From Podarcis bocagei (lineage: Eukaryota), in the NCBI GenBank assembly GCA_964188305.1, contig OZ076895.1: a stretch of 64,000 bases of DNA, one strand, 5' to 3'. Shown one piece after another: positions 40,101 to 49,237 of this stretch. The notes beneath the pieces are model-generated. The model was not told the DNA's origin. It worked only from the letters and a program-made list of their open reading frames with translations, and searched no databases. Both the position numbers and the translations under genes were made by a program. Numbering within the stretch: position 1 is the stretch's first letter; each line of letters opens with the position of its first letter.

Positions 40101-41009
40101 AAAGGAGGTTGTAAGAAATTAAGACCCAAAAGGCTGGGTCCGTTTGAAGTCATACAGCAGGTCAATCCAGTGGCTTTCAGGCTCCGGTTACCGAACCACA
40201 TGAAGCTGCACCCAGTTTTTCACAGGTCGTTGCTGTCACCGTATAGAGGAGACAGTGAGGGGAGGGTCACTAGGGGACCAGCAATGGAGGAGAAGGAACA
40301 CAGCTACCATGTAGCGGAGATCCTCGATTCCAGGTGGAAGGGAGATCAAGTAGAGTATTTGGTAATGTGGGAAGGGGAACCGGAGTCGGAAAACACCTGG
40401 GTTAGGGCAGAGGATGTCAATGACGAGGTTTTAATAGAGACTTTTCATCAGAGGTTCCCACGTAAACCTCAGCCTGTAGCGAGGTTCCGAAGGGAATACT
40501 TTGCCACCACCGACGAGGAAGAGGAGTTGGAGGGGTTCCCAGATTCTGAAGAGGAGGAGGATTCAGCTGGCCAGGACGACGATCGATGGAGAGAATTGTT
40601 CGAGACGTCAGAAGATGAGGAAGATTCGTTTCGGGGTTTTAGCCCTTCACCTCCCAGGGGGGAGGAATTGGGAGGGGGTGAGGGGGGCCCTGGAGGGGAG
40701 GTGGATGTCAGGGAACTGCCATCAGAGCATCAGGTGGTGGAGGGACTCAGGCAGGATGAAAGAGACTCAACTGCTGAAGCAGGGACCAGCAGGGGGAGGA
40801 GTGGGTCTCTGAGGGAATGCGAGCAGGAGGGAGGGCTCAGGGAGGCTTCCAGCGAGAACAGTGGTGAGGTATCGGAGTCTCCCATAGGGAGACCCATACC
40901 TCGCAGGAAACTGTCACGCCGTGAGTCCAGGAGACGCGTTTCCGTTAAGGAACTTCTTTGCTGGAAACGCTTCCGCAGACAGCCACTGTCGGACTCTACT
41001 AGTGACTAG
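37050..41009 (+). CDS. pol: Pol polyprotein PR-RT-RNaseH-IN-chromodomain plus extended tail, expressed by -1 frameshift from gag
   Basis: LLDSGS protease, FLDD RT, ETDASD RNase H, H-H-C-C and DDE integrase, GPF, and chromodomain YHVAEIL..YLVMW..ENTW. The frame is open from 37023, -1 relative to gag. Confidence 0.94.
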   Translation, partial: GKSQRLVATIGALQPGQRAVKVPVPEAPRPALVIEVSLELQNGHPLKIKALLDSGSSCNFMSKEFAAEHQIQTIPLSNPLQVTTIDGRELLGGGVRLQTVPMIMRVARHTELIAFNVATLGGAPIILGMSWLALHDPLVGWHQRVVSFGSAHCLEHCKGEKGSVGAQATLAGTEVMGKVKVPPQYADLSDVFSEKEADQLPPHRPFDCQINLLPGAQLPVGKLYAMSDREMQELRGFIDKNLKRGFIRESKAAGGSPVFFVDKKNADKPRLVCDFRRLNAVTEPVAFPMPRIDDILTMVRKGKIFTKLDLRGAYNLIRIRKGDEWKTTMFTPLGAFEYLVMPFGLQAGSACFQSFMNHVLGPLLYKNCVAFLDDVLVYSENEEQHVRDVREVLSRLQANRLWVKLEKCRFHTKEVEFLGYRLSDKGLAMDPGKVQAVLEWKTPKTKKDVQRFLGFGNFYRKFIRNFAHLTAPITDCLSSKKKFVWTAEAERAFEELKRAFASEEQLLHVDLRKKLRVETDASDRAIGAVLLLQPGKEESEWRPCAFFSRKLNKSERNYTVYDRELLAIHEAFRRWRHLLVGAQHKVQVCTDHKNLEYWRTARVLNQRQLRWAQEFSKFNFEICYVPGPENVRADALSRKPEYLEGEGAPEETHIIPEDRWVCGATLVGQRELVEGTVQDAYAQGKLRDLRGEEDKPGGFEERNGALYYKGALYIPEGELREKVLKQLHDSPTAGHFGQHKTMWLVTREFWWPKVREDVREYVRGCEQCQRAKGERQAPAGLLEPLPTPERPWEAVAIDFMTDLPRSRGKTAFMVVVDLLTKMAHFIACSHAVTAEETAKLFVENVFRLHGAPLRVVSDRGKQFTSRFWRKLMSLLHVEVNFSTARHPETNGQAERANGVLQQYLRCYVNDRENDWVEKLALAEFAYNNAENVSTGMSPFLANHGCHPRAFPGGEGENWSVPAAEQFVEEMEAIHRQLQLNLNRAKEEYKRQADKNRREGESIRVGDQVWLSTQGLPFKGGCKKLRPKRLGPFEVIQQVNPVAFRLRLPNHMKLHPVFHRSLLSPYRGDSEGRVTRGPAMEEKEHSYHVAEILDSRWKGDQVEYLVMWEGEPESENTWVRAEDVNDEVLIETFHQRFPRKPQPVARFRREYFATTDEEEELEGFPDSEEEEDSAGQDDDRWRELFETSEDEEDSFRGFSPSPPRGEELGGGEGGPGGEVDVRELPSEHQVVEGLRQDERDSTAEAGTSRGRSGSLRECEQEGGLREASSENSGEVSESPIGRPIPRRKLSRRESRRRVSVKELLCWKRFRRQPLSDSTSD

Positions 41010-41113
41010 AGCAGACATGTCTGAGGAGCTCCGTCACACACGGAGGTTTGTGGGGGCGCACAAACTCTGAGGGAGCACGTTTTCACGCACAAGCAGCTAA
41101 TCAAACCCTCACA
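40706..41113 (+). repeat. 3' LTR (408 bp)
   Basis: Direct repeat of 35644-36051, preceded by the PPT and followed by the TSD. Confidence 0.96.
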
Positions 41114-41280
41114 CTTACATAACATCTTTAAACATTTGTTTACTGAGAACACCTCTTTAACAGCATATGGATTTAGTTAAATTTCTAAGAATAGAATTTG
41201 TTCATGTAGCGTAAATTTAAATGGGGGAAATATAACAAAGACTTTACAAAAAACCTGGGTATAATAGAATCTACAGTTAA

Positions 41281-41635
41281 AGCAAAGGTAAAGGGACCCT
41301 TGACCATTAGGTCCAGTCATGGCCGACTCTGGGGTTGCGGCGCTCATATCGCTTTATTGGGCGAGGGAGCCAGCGTACAGCTTCTGGGTAATGTGGCCAG
41401 CATGACTAAGCTGCTTCTGGCAAACCAGAGCAGCGCATGGAAACGCTGTTTACCTTCCCGACGAAGAGGTACCTATTTATCTACTTGAACTTTGACGTGC
41501 TTTCGAACTGCTAGGTTGGCAGGAGCTGGGACTGAGCAACCGGAGCTCACCCCGTCATGGGGATTCGAACCGCCGACCTTCTGATCGGAAAGTCCTAGGC
41601 TCTGCGGTTTAACCCACAGTGCCACCCGCATCCCT
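41281..41635 (-). mobile_element. Full-length Sauria SINE
   Basis: tRNA-like head with GGTTCGAATCCC B box, (ACCTTT)-type tail, and 16-bp TSD TAGAATCTACAGTTAA (41265-41280, 41636-41651). Confidence 0.9.
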
Positions 41636-42735
41636 TAGAATCTACAGTTAAGCATGCTTAAATCCTGTTGATTTCAGTAAGATTTACATGTGCTCAACTA
41701 TGTAGTGTATTATTACCATTCTCAAACTTCAGTCTTTAGCTACTGTTGAACTACAACTCCCATCATCCTAGCTAGCAAGACCAGTGGTCAGGGAGAGTGG
41801 AGTGGAGACCCAACTACAAGTGAAGTGGAGATCCAAGTTTGAGAAATGTTGTCCTATTCCATTGCCCCACCAGAACCATCCCACTCTCTACTGTAGGTCT
41901 TCAGAAATGGGAGGCAGTGGGGTTGGAAAGCGGGAAAAGTTATGAAGCAGCAACACAACTAGAAAAGGAAGTTGGGGGACATGGAAGAGACACGTGGATA
42001 AAAGAGCAGGGTTCTTCCATCTCTACATACACCACACAAAATTACAAGCAGTATCAGACAGTCTTTAATCCTGTGTTAAACACAAAGAGCTATGTGAAGA
42101 ATTAGAACAGCTGCTAGTGCTGTTTCACAGCCATTTGCACACAAAGAGTTCCTGGTACATTCATGCAGGTAAATTATCCAGCAATTCTTTTGATTCCACT
42201 TGAGCAGCAGCCTGCACACATGGAAAAACCTATCTGGGTTTTAGTTTCACTTTTCTAGTTCAACACACAGGAACAGCTTTGGATCCAACCTTCTGTTGTT
42301 TTCGTTGCAATAGAAAACCTGACCGCTATTCTAGCATTCATCACATTTTCTTTAAATCACTGCAGCCTATTTTGACATAAAAGCAACTGTCCAGCTGGGA
42401 ACAATGGAAAGGAGACCACTGAAAAACTTTATGGCATGCACCAATGTTTTGTGCACATAGGCTAATGAATGTCTTACAAGCCAACTCTTAATAATTTCTG
42501 TTTCAGAAAATATACACTAGAGATGAGGCACAGTAACTCTTAATGGAATTAAACAGTACCTTGCAGAGATAGTTCTTACACGGCAGACATGGGCTGGAGC
42601 TACCAAGTTTAGACAGAGGATCTTAGTCACATTTGTTAAATAAATACAAGAGTTTATCAAGACTACTTACTATCTCATGAACCATGTTTGAAGTTGTTTG
42701 TATAACAAAATAGTATGAATATCATATGTGCTAAC

Positions 42736-42827
42736 GCCGGCACCCTCGGCCAATAAAGCAAGATGAGCCCCACAACCCCAGAGTCAGTCATGACTGGACC
42801 TAATGGTCAGGGGTCCCTTTACCTTTT
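42736..42827 (+). mobile_element. Sauria SINE 3' fragment
   Basis: ...GACTGGACCTAATGGTCAGGGGTCCCTTTACCTTT tail. Confidence 0.8.
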
Positions 42828-42929
42828 AATGATACTCAGTTCCATCGTATCTCAGGTGAGGCCTAAACCAGGGTCCAGATACAGAAATGGATGGGATCCT
42901 AGCAAAACTATGGGTGGGTGGATTGCAAT

Positions 42930-43415
42930 CCAGGAGTTGGGTAATGAAACCAACCTATTTTAGATGGAGTTGCACTCCCTGCAAAAAACTGTATATGCCA
43001 TTTGAGAGTACACCGTGACTCTTCTTTGTTCATAGGAGTCCAGGTGGCTATGGTGACTAGGAGTGCCTTCTACTGGATTTGGCTGATATATCAAATGCTC
43101 CAAGTCTTGGACCATGACAGCCTGGCTTCTGTGACCTATGCACTGGTAACTTCTAGACTGGATTACAGTACTATAATGCCCTCAATGCAAAGTTCCCTTT
43201 GAGGTTGGTTTGGAAGCTGCAGTTGGTGCAAGATGCTGCAGTGAGGTTACTTGGTAGAGCATCCTACTGTGCACATACTGTACCACTCATTGAGGAGTTG
43301 CAGTGACTGTCAATGAACTACTGGGTCAACTTCAAGGTTTTGGTTTTAACCTACAAAGCTCTGAAAAATACCTGCAGGAGCCCTACTACCCTGCTTAAGT
43401 ACTGTGCTCAACTGA
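42930..43415 (+). mobile_element. Decayed L2-clade LINE 3' ORF fragment (host of the PPDPF retrocopy)
   Basis: ALVTSRLDY motif and downstream LTYKAL-like remnant. Confidence 0.7.
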
Positions 43416-43420
43416 AGAGC

Positions 43421-44250
43421 CTTCTTTTATTTTTTTAGACGGCTGCTCAGGATTTATTAGTTTCCATCAGACAAGTACAAAACAAGAATTAAGCGTTAAT
43501 AAGGCTTTGTTGGGTGGGGAGAGAGGGGAGAAGATGCAGCTGAGGATGGTACAGAAGATTCCCCCCCTTTTGTTGCCATTTTTGCTTTTATAAAAACCTA
43601 TGTCTAAGAAGTACTCAAAGCAGCTTGCTCTACTCTACAGGAAGGGGGAGTGGAAAATGGGTTCTGCTTCCTAGTGCTCAAGTCAGAAGCTTCTGGCCAG
43701 GGAGTGTCAAGTCTCCTCATGCAGTGGAAACGGTATTCGGTTTGCTGGGCTCACTGGTGTAGCACTTCCACATCACATCCTGAGCCAGGCCACATGTAAT
43801 CATGCAGTTCGCCATCTTTAAAGTTCCTGGGTTCTCTGGGGATTCCGACACAGTTGTCATGAGTGGGTGGGTCGTCTTTCCAAAGAAGACGCTGGCCTAC
43901 CAGTGCCCAGGGTCAGACTTGAGGAGACCTGGATGGTGAGGGATGTCTTCCCCATATTCAGCACTTCCACAGGAGCTGTTGCTAGAAGTGGAACCCAGAC
44001 GCTTTCGGTAGCAGTCGTGGGTTGCCACAAGAGAGCAGCTTGGCGGTACTGCTGCCATGTTTCTTTGTTCTTGTGCAAGTTGTAAACCCTTTAAGACTTA
44101 ACACTGCGCTCAGCAAAATCCTAGCCATTTCAGACCACAGATGACCTGGCTCGGGGGGGGGGGGGCGCTAGGTGATGGAGCCCATTTGCAAAGGAGATAC
44201 TAGGAGTACACTCCACGCACACCCAAAAACACCGATGCGTATATGGATTT
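43421..44250 (-). pseudogene. PPDPF: Processed pseudogene of PPDPF (CDS 44058-43717, premature TAG at codon 54)
   Basis: Translates MAAVPPSCSLVATHDCYRKRLGSTSSNSSCGSAEYGEDIPHHPGLLKSDPGHW*ASVFFGKTTHPLMTTVSESPE.... Intronless, with AATAAA at 43458-43453 and a poly(A) remnant at ~43436-43421. 5' end approximate. Confidence 0.9.
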
Positions 44251-44495
44251 CAGAGGCCCTCTTTGTTGTGCCACAATCTTGTTTAGTGACAACTAGTGTC
44301 CGCCATAGCTGCCCACTTCCTATAGAATTACTTCTTTATAGAGCTCCAATAAGCACAAAATGCTAAGGATATTTCTGTATTTCTTAAAAATACACCTGCA
44401 CACTCAAGGCTCTTCTGATGTTTAATGTCAAGAATTAATTAATGGTGTGGGACTTTTACATTCTAGCTAATCACCATTCATCCACAGCACAGTTA

Positions 44496-44764
44496 GGGCT
44501 TCCATGTTACTGACCCAAAAGTAAAAGTCACTCAATTTTGAACTTTTTAGGGTGTTTAAAAATGTCCAAACTTACGTTTTAATTTTGCATTTAAGAATGT
44601 GTGCATTTATTTCATGTCAGTTACTACTGACACAAGTGCTACTACAGTCAATCTTGATCACGTACCACCTGGAGGTTAATAAAAAGTGTTATGCTGATAT
44701 CAGCTGAGACCCACTCCTTCCATTAAAACCTCTACTCACAGTTCCATTTACTTGGCAGTCTCAC
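44496..44764 (+). repeat. Copy 1 of a ~270-bp direct repeat (partner 48884-49237)
   Basis: Shared blocks such as ACTACTGACACAAGTGCT and TGAGACCCACTCCTTCCATTAAAACCTCTACTCACAGTTCC. Confidence 0.9.
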
Positions 44765-44879
44765 ATCATCTCTGTGTCTACAGACCATATGCTCCATCTC
44801 TATAATTACCTCTGAAGTTGTGAGACTGGGACAAAATATTCTTATCTGCCTCTGCCAGGTCTCATACCAGAAAAAGCAA

Positions 44880-45230
44880 TGAAAGAGCCCTGCTGGATCA
44901 AATCAAACACCTAACCAGTCCAACACTCTGTTTTTACAGGGGCCAACTATGGGAAGCCTGCAAGCAAGACCCAAGTGGAGCAGTACTCTCCCCACTTGTG
45001 ATGCATCAGGTACAGTGCCTCTGACTGTGGATGTAGAACACAGCCATCATGACTAACCGTTGTTAATAGATCAATCCACCATCAATTTGTCTAATCCTTT
45101 ATTAAATCCATTCAAGTTGATGGCCATCACTTAATCTTTGGGGAGGAAGATCTAGAAGTAAACTATGTGCAGAGTGAAAAAGTATTTTCTTTTGTCTGTG
45201 CTGAATCTTTCAACATTCAACTTTTCTTGG
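44880..45230 (-). mobile_element. CR1 LINE 3' fragment
   Basis: GAGCCCTGCTGGATCA...AATTTGTCTAATCC; boundaries approximate. Confidence 0.65.
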
Positions 45231-45904
45231 GTGGCCACCAGTAGCATCTCTCCTACATAAAGAAAATACCTTAAGAAACCATGTTTTGGAAAAAGCTGAG
45301 GATATACACTTTAACTTACAGCAGCAATCTAGAGAATATTAAACGTCTCATGAACTCAATCACACTCTTGATCAGCCTCAATTTAGAATCAGAACCACAC
45401 ACTATAAGAAGACTACTTAAACCAACCATCAGTCTTCCAGCTCTGCCATCTATGTTAAGTTTTAGTTTGATCTAAAAAAGACCAGGAATTGAGAATGTTC
45501 AGATCCAGCCCCTCCTCTCTCCACCTGCTTCCCCATTATCTTAGTTTCCCTTTAACATTTCCTTATTATATATCCATCATTAAAATGATTTAGCTATCAT
45601 TAAAAGGTTAATCAACATTCAATGACCAGATAGCCTTTAAATGTATCATATGTGGCTTTCTCAACAAAAGACTACTTGTAGTGGAGCATGAAAATAACTA
45701 CACAGAAAAAGTATTATGGCTTTCAATTAATTGTAGGTACTTAACTACACCATGCTTGGACATTGCTGAGAACACAGGCCCAGATACAACAATCAAAAAT
45801 TATCTCCCCCCCCCTTTTCTTTTTTGACATTCAGTGAATGTGTTCTGGGATCATGCTAAACCACAGTTTAGCACCATGGGAATGAGCTGCAGTGAGCCTT
45901 AGAC

Positions 45905-46077
45905 TCAAGGCAGCAATGCTTCTGAATATCAGCTGCTGGAAACCACAAAAGGGGAGAATGCTCTTGTACTTGACTCCTGATTGCAGGTTTCCCACAGGCA
46001 GTCACTATGAGAACAGGATACTGAACTAGATGGGCCATTGGCCTGATCCAGCAGGGTCTTCTTATATTCTTACATGT
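45905..46077 (+). mobile_element. CR1 LINE 3' end
   Basis: ...GGCCTGATCCAGCAGGGTCTTCTTATATTCTTA tail. Confidence 0.7.
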
Positions 46078-47421
46078 TCCATCATTCCCAATCTTCCTCT
46101 GGTACAGCTGCATCAAGTTTGGGAGCTTTTGCTTCTTTTTTTATTTAACCAGTTTGTTGTAGTGTACAAACTAACAAACAGTGATTAATGTTAACTCTTC
46201 GTCTGAAACAAGCTAACATCCAACACAGTTCATTGGCTCATTTTCATGTTGGCACTCTCACTGGCAAAGTTCCCAACTAGTGGATTGTGTTGACGTTTCT
46301 AGAGGAGCTGGGCACATATCTGCTAATTATATGCCATTTTTAAATTTTCTGATTGTGTTTCAACCACCCACTTCCAGGGCTGACTATACACTGACTATGG
46401 GGGTGATTACACTAGCACAGTGGTGATCTCCCCAGCTCCCCTCCCCAATTGGAATATAGGATTGCTATGTAAAATACTCCCAAGTGCATGGCATTTTCTT
46501 AGCCATGTCTTACTACTATTTTACTTGTTTTTACCATAAATATTTTATTGTATACCTTCAATTACATTATTTTCATGGATGAAATCAAAAGGAAGGAAAA
46601 GGATTATTAAACTTAAGATACAGCCTTAGACAAATCCTCAGTAAGTTGACTAAGAAAAATACCATCTGCTCAGTAAAAAAACAAACCCAAACACCCCCCC
46701 CCCGATATCTGGCACACCTTTTAGTGACATAATATTTCATAATTAACCAAAGCATGTCCTTCATTATACTATGCAGGAAGCAGCCTTCAAGACCATTTAT
46801 TATAGGGCTGCAGCCCTATAAAGAGATTAGATTTTGAGTACTAGAATATTGACAAGTTAACGTTTCAAAATAAGATGACTACCAAAGGATTTTCTTGGCA
46901 CAGGTTATCTCTGCTACTGTTCCACCACCAGCATCTAAACAGCAAAATATAATATGTCCCTGCTATACTGGACGACTAGTCTTTCTGGGGCAGGAAAGAC
47001 TGGATTTTTAAAATGTAGAAGACTTACAAATCTTCAAAATAAAGGTAAGCACAATGGACAGAGAAACAGTTGGAATTTGTTTTTTGTTTTTAAGTGCAGT
47101 GGCATTTTAAAGTACACTGGCAGGTAACTGAGAAACAGCTAAGGCACCTATTAATGACAACATATGGTCATTATGACAATTCATTAGGCGCCCATAACAC
47201 CACTGCAGTCATCTTCCTGATAGTCACGCTTATGAGAGTAGAAAAGAAATTGGTGTTTCCCAGCAACTGATTGCCTGGAAGTCAGTAAATCTTACAAAGA
47301 AGTCTATTCTTTGTAAGTCTGTAACTAATTAGTCTGTAACTAATGCAACTTCCAGAAACTCTGTTAATCTGTCAGAGAGAAAAACATAACTTTGCAACAC
47401 CTTTAAAAACTAACAAATATA

Positions 47422-47501
47422 CAGGGTGAGTCCTTTAAAAGAGGCACCGTGGATACAGAGTACACATGTTCCATGGGGCATCTTTTAAAACACTCGCCCT
47501 G
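47422..47501. mobile_element. 80-bp palindromic Tc1/mariner MITE
   Basis: TA-CAGGGTGAGT...ACTCGCCCTG-TA with long imperfect TIRs. Confidence 0.82.
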
Positions 47502-48089
47502 TATTATGTCCTAAAAACCAACAAATACATTACGCCTTAAAAAAATAAACAAACGTTTATCCCATAATTAATATGCCCATCTTCAGAGAGCTACCACACT
47601 CTTTGTTGTTCCCCTAATTCATAGGACCAAGCTGTAAGCCACAATAGGCCCCAAACTCTACAGCGAAAAGGGAGAAAGGAGATCAATAACCCCACAAGAC
47701 CAGAGAGAGTATTGCTCTTGTTTAAATCTAGCTCTGAATCCTTTTACCCAAACAGGCGGAGAACAGCCAAACCAGAAAGCTGCCCTGCGGGCCCCTAAAT
47801 TGTGCAATTGCGCGCTTGGGCCATTAGCAGGTTCAAAAGCCTTTTTCAGCGTTTAACTAGTGTGATACTTCTCTCTTGAGGTTTTTGAGTCTCAGGACAC
47901 CCCCCCTTTTTTTTCTTCTTTTTTCAAGTAAACTCAAGGCACCTGCAGTTCCTCGCTCCTTTATGTGTGATTAAGGGAAAGCGGTTCATTGGGTACGGAT
48001 TGTCCAGGAGGACAACCCCTCCCCATCCAATTTCCACCCCAAATATCCTTGTGAGGGAATCAGAATTAACGAGGGGGACAGGGCAAAGC

Positions 48090-48830
48090 CTCGTCCTCTA
48101 CCTACCCACCCCTGCTGGGCACTGGGGAACTTGCCTGCCCAGCCTGTTCCCTTCCCCTCCCCGCAGCCCAGCCAAGGCGCACCCGCCGCCGCCGCTTCTC
48201 CCTCCCAGACAATCCTGCCCGCGCCTCCGGGCCAACCTCCGCCCCCGCCTGGGAAAGGAGTGCCAAGAGGAGGGCGGAGGCCTCCGCTGCCGCCGCCACT
48301 TTCCGCTCCTCCTCCTCCCTCTCGCCGCCACCCAGCTTCTTCTCCAGGCTGACGGGGTTGCGAGGGAGGCCTTAAAGCCAGCAGGGCCTCACCTCAGGGT
48401 GCAGGATAGGGACGCAGCCCGCTTCTTTCTCGTACTCCTCCAGAGGCGCCGCCATCTTGGTGCGAACGCGCCTCCCGCTGCATGCCGGGTAACGCGCTCC
48501 CTCGCGACCTCGCTCCTGCTCTCTCGCGCTCTGCGCCGGTGGAAGCGGGGGGGGGGGGAGCGGATGGGCCGCCAGACGGGGAGAGCCGAGGCGCGAGAGA
48601 GGAAGCGAGCGCTCTCCAGTAGTAGCCGCTCGACCCCGCTCGCTCCTGCGCTTTTGCTGCGCGTGGATTCCAGATAGGGCCATAGATTGCGGGGGGGGGG
48701 GGGAGGGGAGGCCGCCTAGGTCCACCCACGTCACCCAAAGCAAATGACAGCGGCCCATAAGTAGAGGGGGGGGAGGTAGACTTCAGCAAAGTGCCTTGCG
48801 TGGGCCGATACCCCCGAAGCCAGGATGTCC
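48090..48830 (-). promoter_or_regulatory. CpG island / promoter, 5' UTR and first-exon region of ZDHHC17
   Basis: GC- and CpG-dense block spanning exon 1. YY1-like AAGATGGCGGC over the start codon. Boundaries approximate. Confidence 0.8.
48393..48455 (-). CDS. ZDHHC17: ZDHHC17 coding exon 1 (MAAPLEEYEKEAGCVPILHPE)
   Basis: ATG at 48455 in strong context (ACCAAGATGG). The peptide matches the ZDHHC17 N-terminus. GT donor (GAG|GTGAGG) at 48392. Confidence 0.93.
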
Positions 48831-48883
48831 CACACTCAGGTCATGCAAGCGAGTCAAGCCATGTCAGTGGCAGCAAAGAGTCG

Positions 48884-49237
48884 GGGCTTCCAACATGCTG
48901 TTGACCCAAAAGCAAGTTTTTGCACTTCTTAAGGTGTTTAAAAATGTCCGTCTTTACGTTTTAATTCTGCATTTAAAGAATGTGTGCGTTTCTTCGGTGT
49001 CAGTGACTACTGACACAAGTGCTGTTACAGTCAATCACGATCACGTACTGCCTAGAAGTTACAGATAGGTAGCCGTGTTGGTCTGCCATAGTCAAAACTT
49101 GGTTGGTCTTTAAGGTGCTACTGGAAGGAATTTTTTTATTTTGCCTAGAAGTTAGTAAGTGTTATCCCGATATCAGATGAGACCCACTCCTTCCATTAAA
49201 ACCTCTACTCACAGTTCCGTTTACTTGGCAGTCTCAC
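48884..49237 (+). repeat. Copy 2 of the ~270-bp direct repeat, interrupted by an 80-bp insertion
   Basis: Colinear with 44496-44764. Confidence 0.9.
49062..49141. mobile_element. 80-bp insertion, Penelope-like fragment
   Basis: GTAGCCGTGTTGGTCTG...TAAGGTGCTACTGG, flanked by 13-bp direct repeat TGCCTAGAAGTTA (49049-49061, 49142-49154). Confidence 0.6.

Larger units (their letters stand above)
35644..41113 (+). mobile_element. Full-length Ty3/Gypsy chromovirus LTR retrotransposon (sushi/Tf1 group), antisense in ZDHHC17 intron 1
   Basis: TG...CA LTRs and 5-bp TSD CTTAC (35639-35643, 41114-41118). Polypurine tract 40692-40705. Uninterrupted gag and pol. Confidence 0.97.

Noticed and set aside
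36306-40201. Minus-strand ORFs within the retrotransposon as antisense genes
   Set aside because: Short shadows of gag and pol codon usage with no recognisable domains.
41550-41635. tRNA gene (also at ~57300-57372)
   Set aside because: These are tRNA-derived SINE heads continuous with SINE bodies and have degenerate cloverleafs.
47967-48789. Several long overlapping ORFs
   Set aside because: Stop-poor CpG island; only 48393-48455 (and the short uORF) are supported.
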